This document shows positions 57,653 to 64,000 of a stretch of 64,000 nucleotides of DNA, piece by piece. Each line of letters starts with the position of its first letter. The first letter of the stretch is position 1. The notes under the pieces were generated by a model that saw only the letters and a program-made list of their open reading frames with translations, did no database searches and was not told the DNA's origin. The translations under genes and the position numbers were made by a program. Origin of the DNA: Candidatus Aenigmatarchaeota archaeon (GTDB lineage: Archaea; Aenigmatarchaeota; Aenigmatarchaeia; Aenigmatarchaeales; JACQIB01); the NCBI GenBank assembly GCA_016198755.1, contig JACQIB010000005.1, forward strand, positions 128,001-192,000, written 5' to 3'.

Positions 57653-59506
57653 TTATCTACCTATACTGTACGAGAATGTCCCGCTTACAGAAGCCCCGCG
57701 CGCAGCCCCCATATAAAGAACCCCGGTTGGCTGGTAACTGGAAACAAATCCCATTCCCGTGTATGTTGGGGCATAAACTGGCTGGCGCTGCACAACTGAA
57801 TATATATAGCTGGGGGGCTGGGTATAGATGCCAGCGTTCTGTGAATATCTATTTGTATTGTAACTCATGTATCCTTGAGAACGTGCGTTCCCATATCCAT
57901 AATCAACTCCATACGAATTTACAAAAGTAACATGATTTTGGTTTGCTGGAACGAGATATGTTGTGCCGCGCGCATTTGTTGTTAGAGTTGCTGGGGATCC
58001 CATGTATGTAACCTGCTTTGTCTCTCCTGTCCTCACAACAAAAGCTGGAGGGTTCTGGCTCCTGCTTACCCCATCTATTGCGCCAAATCCTATCAGCAAA
58101 GCTGGGCTGTTTATGTCCCTGTTTATCCTCCCGTCTACAAGAGCTTTCAGAAATGTGCCTGCAATATCTTTGGAAGCTGTTATTTCATCTAGGGTGGTTT
58201 GCCTCATTGACATTGTCATCTCAGCTCTCTGCGGCTCCTTCACAAGCTGTGTTAGTGTTATCTCTCCATTCATCATGGATAGTAGAACAATCTTTTCACC
58301 TTTGCTGGAGCGCAAAATGAAATTTATCTTAAGCGTACTGAAGAAGTTCCTTACAACTGAAGGCACTTTATCCAGATTTTTATTATAGGTATTTGCAAAT
58401 GTATTTATCCTGTCTATCGTAATCCTATCAACATCAACGCCAAGCTTGCCAATGCAGCCATCCTCTATTGACGCTTTTTTCTTTTCAAGGTTTTCCTTTT
58501 CCCATCTCTGCATACTAGTAGAAGCCACCTTTGTTTCTATATCTGAAATCCTGCTTTCACAAGAAGCCTTCAGGGCTTTTTTAGTGTTCTCATCAAAATT
58601 ACCAAGATTTATCAGGGCTTCCCATGGATTTTCCTTTAGTTTTATCCCTTTTACATTATTTGGGATAGAATCCACTTTTTCCGTACATTCCTTCAGGACT
58701 TTCTCCCTCTCTTCCTGTGTTTTCGCGTTCTTCAGCCTCTCCTGACAGTCTAAAAGAGTTGTTATCAGCGCTTTTTTCCAGAGGTTGTCTACCTCCTCTG
58801 TTACATTCTGGGAACCTTCAGAGACTAAGCCCGAATATCCAAACTGCAGGCACTCGTATATTACCTTCATTTTTTCATCAACAGCCTGCTGCCTTTCAGC
58901 CTCGTTTTTGGCGTTGTCTACTTTTTCCTGTGCGTCCTTAATCTTTTCCTCACACCCCTTTACCCATGCATCAAAGCCTGCAACAGACCAGGGATCACTA
59001 GAACCTCCAATCCTTCCTATTGGAGGAGTTCTCCTCTCATCTACAACACCGCTCTGTGAAAATTGCTGGCACTCAAGAACTTTTTCCATTATTTTGTCTT
59101 CTATTGCAGCCTTTTCCTTGGATGTCTTTGCGTTTGCAGCTTGGCCCTTCAGGTCCTCAATTGCTGATTCGCAGCACATGAACATATTGTCAGTTATTTT
59201 ATCCCCCCAGTCTTTGAAGTTGTCCCCGCTGGAAAAAGAATCGTCTACAGTATAGGCTGCGCAGGCCATTTTTTCATCAAGCAGCCCTTTACAAACCTCA
59301 GCTGCCGCTCCATGATTCCCTGCAGCACGCGCATCTTTTGCCTGCGCCTCTTTCTTCTCTATGCTCTCCTTGCAGGCGTTGTAATCAGCAGCTTTTTCTG
59401 ATTGGGATTTTTCACTGATTTTTCCAACATCCACATTTCCTGCCTGCGCTAAAACAAAACCGGGAACAACCAAAGCAAGAACCAAAATTATAATAAGCTT
59501 TTTCAT
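57653..59506 (-). CDS. Secreted helical Cys-repeat protein
   Basis: Signal peptide MKKLIIILVLAL (start 59506), repeated Cys-containing helical units. Confidence 0.7.
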   Translation of the reverse strand: MKKLIIILVLALVVPGFVLAQAGNVDVGKISEKSQSEKAADYNACKESIEKKEAQAKDARAAGNHGAAAEVCKGLLDEKMACAAYTVDDSFSSGDNFKDWGDKITDNMFMCCESAIEDLKGQAANAKTSKEKAAIEDKIMEKVLECQQFSQSGVVDERRTPPIGRIGGSSDPWSVAGFDAWVKGCEEKIKDAQEKVDNAKNEAERQQAVDEKMKVIYECLQFGYSGLVSEGSQNVTEEVDNLWKKALITTLLDCQERLKNAKTQEEREKVLKECTEKVDSIPNNVKGIKLKENPWEALINLGNFDENTKKALKASCESRISDIETKVASTSMQRWEKENLEKKKASIEDGCIGKLGVDVDRITIDRINTFANTYNKNLDKVPSVVRNFFSTLKINFILRSSKGEKIVLLSMMNGEITLTQLVKEPQRAEMTMSMRQTTLDEITASKDIAGTFLKALVDGRINRDINSPALLIGFGAIDGVSRSQNPPAFVVRTGETKQVTYMGSPATLTTNARGTTYLVPANQNHVTFVNSYGVDYGYGNARSQGYMSYNTNRYSQNAGIYTQPPSYIYSVVQRQPVYAPTYTGMGFVSSYQPTGVLYMGAARGASVSGTFSYSIGR

Positions 59507-59543
59507 CAAAAGAATTTCGTAAGGCTGGTATATAAACGTTGGC

Positions 59544-60950
59544 TTAATGCACAAGCTCTTCCAGTATTTCCTCCTCTATTTTTTCTTTCAGCTTAAACTC
59601 TTCTGTGAGTTTCAGTTTCTTCCATTTACCCTGCCAGAACAAAAAGTAGGAAAACGCTGCGCCGAAAATGTTGGAGATTGCAAAACCATAATAAATTCCG
59701 CTCTCTGCAAGGGCTGTGAAATGGGATAGGTAGTAGGAAAGCGGTATTCTGACTATCCAAAGGGTTAGGATAGCCATTGCTAAAGCAAGTACCATGCTGC
59801 CGGAACCGCGGAGTGTTCCCAGAAAAGTTTGTAAAATCCCGAAAAATCCCATGGAAAGTGCAACAATCCTTATGTAGAGAGCTGCGTTTGTGCTAACTGC
59901 TGTATTCCCTGGTATGAATATAGAAGCTATTTGTTCGCTTGTGAAAAATAAAACTATGCCTATTGCACTGAGTATAAGAAAAGAATAGAGTGCAGTTGTT
60001 TTTGCTATAGATTCTGCTCTCTCAATTTTTCCTGCTCCAATATTCTGCCCTATTAGTGTAGCACTCGCAAAAGATATGCCCATTGCGGGTATAATAACAA
60101 CTATTGAAATTCTTGCCCATATGCCATAAGAAGCTAAAGCTGTTGTTCCAAAGGCTGCAGCCAGAACAGTTATTGCTGCAATATTTAGGGATATAAGAGT
60201 TTGTTCTAAAGAAGCTGGAAAGCCAAGATAGAACATTTTTTTCATAAGAGTAAAGTCTGGCTTCATATTGGAAAGTTTTATGTGTATTCCGTGTTTCCCG
60301 CCGGATAAAAGAAAGAAACCTATTATTGCTGCTATAGCTTGTGTTGCAACAGTTGCTATTGCTGCACCGGAGACCCCAAATGCCGGTATTGGGCCTAATC
60401 CAAATATTAGTATAGGGTCTACAATAGCATTCAGGCAGACTGCAAGAAGCATGAGGTAGAGGGGTGTTTTAACATTCCCTATTCCCCGCATTAGGGACTG
60501 AAAAGCAAAAAAGTAAAACATAAAAACCATTCCGATAAAGGAAATCTGGATGTAGGAAGTAGCTTGCGGAAGTATGTCTTTTCCTGCACCCATTAGAACG
60601 AGCAGGGGTTCTGATAAAAAGTACCCTAGAATGCTGAGAATAACTGAAAGGAACATAACCAATAAAATTGTTTGTCCTGCCATCCTGTTAACTTCTTTCT
60701 CATCACCCTTTCCTTTGAACTGGGAAACAAGAGTTGTGCCTGCTGTTGTAAAACCCAGTCCAAATGAAAATAACGTAAAAATTATTGGGAAGCTTACTGC
60801 TATTGCTGCCACAGCTTCAGCCCCCAATCTTCCAACCCAGAGTGTATCAACAATCTGAAAAGTTGATTGAAGGATTTGTGTTATTATTATTGGTATGGAC
60901 AGGGCTATTATGGATTTTGCAATAGAACCTTCTGTGAGTTTGTTTTCCAT
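59544..60950 (-). CDS. MATE family efflux transporter
   Basis: LTEGSI, VDTLWVGRLG, GVSGAAIAT, GQNIGAG; start set at 60950. Confidence 0.93.
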   Translation of the reverse strand: MENKLTEGSIAKSIIALSIPIIITQILQSTFQIVDTLWVGRLGAEAVAAIAVSFPIIFTLFSFGLGFTTAGTTLVSQFKGKGDEKEVNRMAGQTILLVMFLSVILSILGYFLSEPLLVLMGAGKDILPQATSYIQISFIGMVFMFYFFAFQSLMRGIGNVKTPLYLMLLAVCLNAIVDPILIFGLGPIPAFGVSGAAIATVATQAIAAIIGFFLLSGGKHGIHIKLSNMKPDFTLMKKMFYLGFPASLEQTLISLNIAAITVLAAAFGTTALASYGIWARISIVVIIPAMGISFASATLIGQNIGAGKIERAESIAKTTALYSFLILSAIGIVLFFTSEQIASIFIPGNTAVSTNAALYIRIVALSMGFFGILQTFLGTLRGSGSMVLALAMAILTLWIVRIPLSYYLSHFTALAESGIYYGFAISNIFGAAFSYFLFWQGKWKKLKLTEEFKLKEKIEEEILEELVH

Positions 60951-60982
60951 GGAGCAGCATAATCTGCAGAGCTTAAATAGAT

Positions 60983-62872
60983 TTACTTTAGCCTGAGTGT
61001 TTCTAAGAGTTTTGGTGCCACAGATTCTGAGCGGAAATATTTGTGTACAGAATGCGCTAAGGATAAACATTTCTCAGCTTCCCCATGGTTTACTATAACC
61101 TTTTCTGGATTCTGCCTGAGCCTTCCAATAAAGTTTAACAGTTGTTTATAATCTGAATGGCCTGAAAGGCCGGAAATTGTAACAACATCCATGTTAACAT
61201 TAACTGAAACGTTCTTTCCTTTATCCTCCATTGGAACGCTTTTCCAGCCGTTCTGTATCTTCCTTCCTAAAGAATTCTCTGACTGGTAACCCACGAACAC
61301 GAGAGTATTTTTCTTATCATCTGCCAGATTCCTAAAGTAGGTTAATACGGGCCCGCCTACCATCATCCCTGAAGTGGAAATAATAACAGCCGGATCTCTG
61401 CTTTCTATCAAAGCCTTCCTCTCATCCTCACTCCCTATTCGTTTGAAAACCTCCTGTGTAAATGGGTTCCAGCCCTGCTGCAGAATTAGTTTTTGCAGTT
61501 CCCTCCCAAAGAACTCTGGATAAGCTGTATGTATTGCAGAAGAGTCCCAGATCATACCATCCAAATAAATTGGAGTTTCTATCCCAGCTTTAGCCAATAT
61601 AACCTGCACATCCTGACTTCTCTCCACAGCAAAGCTTGGTATCAGAACTTTTCCTCCGCGCTCCAGTGTTTTCTTTACAGTGTTAACAAGCAAAGCTTCT
61701 GTCTCTGCTCTGCGAGGCTGAATATCTTCTGGAAATCCGTATGTGGCTTCTGTAATAAAGGTTTCAACGCGGGCAAAGTCTGTGCTGGCTGGATCAAACA
61801 GTGCTGTGCGGTCAAATTTTAAGTCTCCGGAATAGAGTAGATTATGGAAGCCTGAACCTATATGGAAGTGAGCCAAAGCTCCACCGAGAATATGTCCGGA
61901 ATTTGCTAAAGTAAGCCTTATATCAGGAGTTATATCAGAAACCTGTCCATAATCAAGAGGTATGCAGCGCTTTATTGCTTCTTTTATTCCTTTGGTCGAA
62001 TAGGGAGCTGTCCTTCCCTCGCGCTGGCAGAGCTTAATGTAGTCCATGCAAAGCAAAACCATTAAGTCCCTTGTAGGGGTTGTACAGTATATAGGGGCTT
62101 CGCATCCCATTTCATACAGCAAAGGAATTCCGCCTGCATGATCCATATGTGTGTGAGTAAGAACAATCGCATCCAAATCATGGATATTGAATTCTGGAAC
62201 TGAAAGATATGGAAACTCGTTTGTTGTAGGTTTAACGCCGCAGTCCATTAGAACGCTGCTTTCCGGAGTTTGCAAAAGCAGGGCAGACCTTCCTACTTCC
62301 CTGAAAGCTCCCAAAGCTGTTAACCGCGCCCATTCTGTTGGCTTCCAGCCGGAATGAATAGATTTTCCAACTTTGTTTAAAAATTCCCTTCTGAAGTCAG
62401 ATTCTTTGTAAATTAACTCCCTTAAAGTTTTTACAATATCTGAAGGGATTATGGGAGCTCTTTTTACTATTGGAGTCCAGAATATTTTTTTCCTGAGTTC
62501 TTTAAGAGTTTCTCCTCCTCTCCCAATAACAATCCCTGGTTTTTCAGCTTCTATTGTAACAGAGCCAAAAGCCGGCTCAAACTCTATATCTTTTATACCG
62601 CCCTCTTCAGGTATTGTTTCCTTTATGATTTTCTCAGCTTCCTCAGGATCCAGACAAATTGAAGGGTCTGGCCTCAAAAGTATTCTTTTCTTTATAACTC
62701 CAACCATGTTTTTTATAGAATCTCCTGGCTCCCCAAAAAACTCCTTGTTCTTTGTATACAAAACAATTTCGCAGCCCTCAAATCCTATATTGGATATTTT
62801 TGCCTCTTTAGGAAGCGCTTCTTTTACACGCTCAAACAAATCAGAGGATTTTTCTTCAACCATTTCATTCAC
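60983..62872 (-). CDS. fttA: Beta-CASP ribonuclease aCPSF1 (FttA)
   Basis: KH domains, EVGRS, THTHMDH, SGHSD, NHGE. Confidence 0.95.
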   Translation of the reverse strand: MNEMVEEKSSDLFERVKEALPKEAKISNIGFEGCEIVLYTKNKEFFGEPGDSIKNMVGVIKKRILLRPDPSICLDPEEAEKIIKETIPEEGGIKDIEFEPAFGSVTIEAEKPGIVIGRGGETLKELRKKIFWTPIVKRAPIIPSDIVKTLRELIYKESDFRREFLNKVGKSIHSGWKPTEWARLTALGAFREVGRSALLLQTPESSVLMDCGVKPTTNEFPYLSVPEFNIHDLDAIVLTHTHMDHAGGIPLLYEMGCEAPIYCTTPTRDLMVLLCMDYIKLCQREGRTAPYSTKGIKEAIKRCIPLDYGQVSDITPDIRLTLANSGHILGGALAHFHIGSGFHNLLYSGDLKFDRTALFDPASTDFARVETFITEATYGFPEDIQPRRAETEALLVNTVKKTLERGGKVLIPSFAVERSQDVQVILAKAGIETPIYLDGMIWDSSAIHTAYPEFFGRELQKLILQQGWNPFTQEVFKRIGSEDERKALIESRDPAVIISTSGMMVGGPVLTYFRNLADDKKNTLVFVGYQSENSLGRKIQNGWKSVPMEDKGKNVSVNVNMDVVTISGLSGHSDYKQLLNFIGRLRQNPEKVIVNHGEAEKCLSLAHSVHKYFRSESVAPKLLETLRLK

Positions 62873-62920
62873 TATCTATATAATTTGTTCTGTACCGAAC
62901 CAGAGAAATGTAACAAAATA

Positions 62921-63535
62921 TTATGCGTACTTCCTTAGCTCAGCTTCTGAAAGCTCCCTCAGTCCGTTTCTATCAATCACAACAACAGTAAATCCTCTCC
63001 CTCCAGATGCAATATCCCTTTCAATTGCCACCTTAATTGACTTTACAGCAAGTGAAACTGCTTCATCTGCTGACAACCCTTCCTTAAAACCTACTTCCAG
63101 AGACCCGTAAGCAAACGGGCTTCCTGAGCCTGTAGAATAGAATTTGTCCATATTACTCCAGCCGCCTATTGGATCTAATCCGTATAGCTGTGGGCCTGTG
63201 GAATCAAAGCCAGCTAAGATAAACTGATTATAATAGGGGAAGTATTTGCTGCCCTGCAAAATATTTGAAAGTAAGGTTGCAGCTGCTTTAACTGTTATTG
63301 GACCGCGCTCCAGCTTGTAAAGCTTGAACTGTGCTTTTAGCAAACGAACCATTGCAAGTGCATCCCCAACAGAACCTGCTATTGTCAAAGCCAAGTGATC
63401 ATCCAGTGGGTAAACCTTTCTAGCTAGTTTTGAGTCTACCATGTACCCCATTGTACTTTTCTTCTCTGCTGCAACAATAACAGCATCCTTGGCTATAATC
63501 CCGACTGTTGTTGTTCCTGTCTCTTTTGTTTCCAT
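62921..63535 (-). CDS. psmB: Proteasome beta subunit
   Basis: TG/TTTVGI processing site, GSVGD, TGSGS, RDIASG. Confidence 0.97.
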   Translation of the reverse strand: METKETGTTTVGIIAKDAVIVAAEKKSTMGYMVDSKLARKVYPLDDHLALTIAGSVGDALAMVRLLKAQFKLYKLERGPITVKAAATLLSNILQGSKYFPYYNQFILAGFDSTGPQLYGLDPIGGWSNMDKFYSTGSGSPFAYGSLEVGFKEGLSADEAVSLAVKSIKVAIERDIASGGRGFTVVVIDRNGLRELSEAELRKYA

Positions 63536-63615
63536 TAAATCACTCAGAAGTTCTTTTTTACTTTATCCCCAGACCTATTTAAAGCTTTCCCAAAAGAGGA
63601 GCTATCTTTGGTGGT

Positions 63616-63825
63616 TTATGCTGAGTTGGAAGGTGGGGATGTGTTGAGAGGCGGATCCAGGTCTACCACATCTGCCACAACCGCACGGGCTGTTATTGGT
63701 ATGTATCCGGCAGGCCATCTTTCATAAACTTCCATTCTGCCTTTTGGGTCAATAATTATGTTAAGGGGCTGGTTGTCTTCTATAACGCGGTCAGGCTCCT
63801 CTTGCACTCTTACATATCCCATCAT
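63616..63825 (-). CDS. Possible hypothetical protein
   Basis: Short ORF near the window edge; start unclear. Confidence 0.3.
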   Translation of the reverse strand: MMGYVRVQEEPDRVIEDNQPLNIIIDPKGRMEVYERWPAGYIPITARAVVADVVDLDPPLNTSPPSNSA

Positions 63826-64000
63826 ATTGTCATATTCTGTTTGTACAGCAGCTCTGGGATCTTGATCTGTAAACCTGTATACATAATAGGATGGTTCCCC
63901 GTTTGTATTGAGAACATAGCATCCTAAAATAGATCCAGCTGTGATAATTTCATCAGCTCCCTTTTTAGTTTGACCAAATATTCTCCTCCAGCCCTGCTGC

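Noticed and set aside
1-64000. CRISPR array, cas genes, DGR/retron reverse transcriptase, transposase, rRNA
   Set aside because: No repeat-spacer array or diagnostic motifs seen; the CARF-like regulator has no cas neighbours in this window
63826-64000. Possible frameshifted gene at the window end
   Set aside because: Truncated context and no recognisable homology

Overview
Archaeal chromosomal segment. The compact housekeeping gene set, many short-leader or leaderless TATA-driven genes and interspersed orphans suggest a DPANN-type lineage (inference). It carries the conserved rpl15e-RNase P-proteasome-exosome superoperon, the rpoE1-spt4-rps24e-rps27ae-kae1 cluster, ABCE1, aRF1, metG, valS, aCPSF1/psmB, a vapBC pair, several Cys-rich surface proteins and two tRNAs. 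No CRISPR array, rRNA or transposase was seen. Best leads: (1) a free-standing HTH+LAGLIDADG endonuclease gene between an 18-nt tRNA 5' remnant and a complete tRNA-Ala that overlaps its stop codon; (2) an unrecognised ~180-nt structured RNA with its own TATA box; (3) a tdk / CARF-like regulator / MtrA-fused thyA / twin-HAD cluster with a shared palindromic motif; (4) a leaderless UGA-C uORF whose read-through stops on the aRF1 start; (5) an intein-containing bacterial-type MetK facing an HTH-CBS regulator across tandem palindromes; (6) a T-loop intron in tRNA-Ile.
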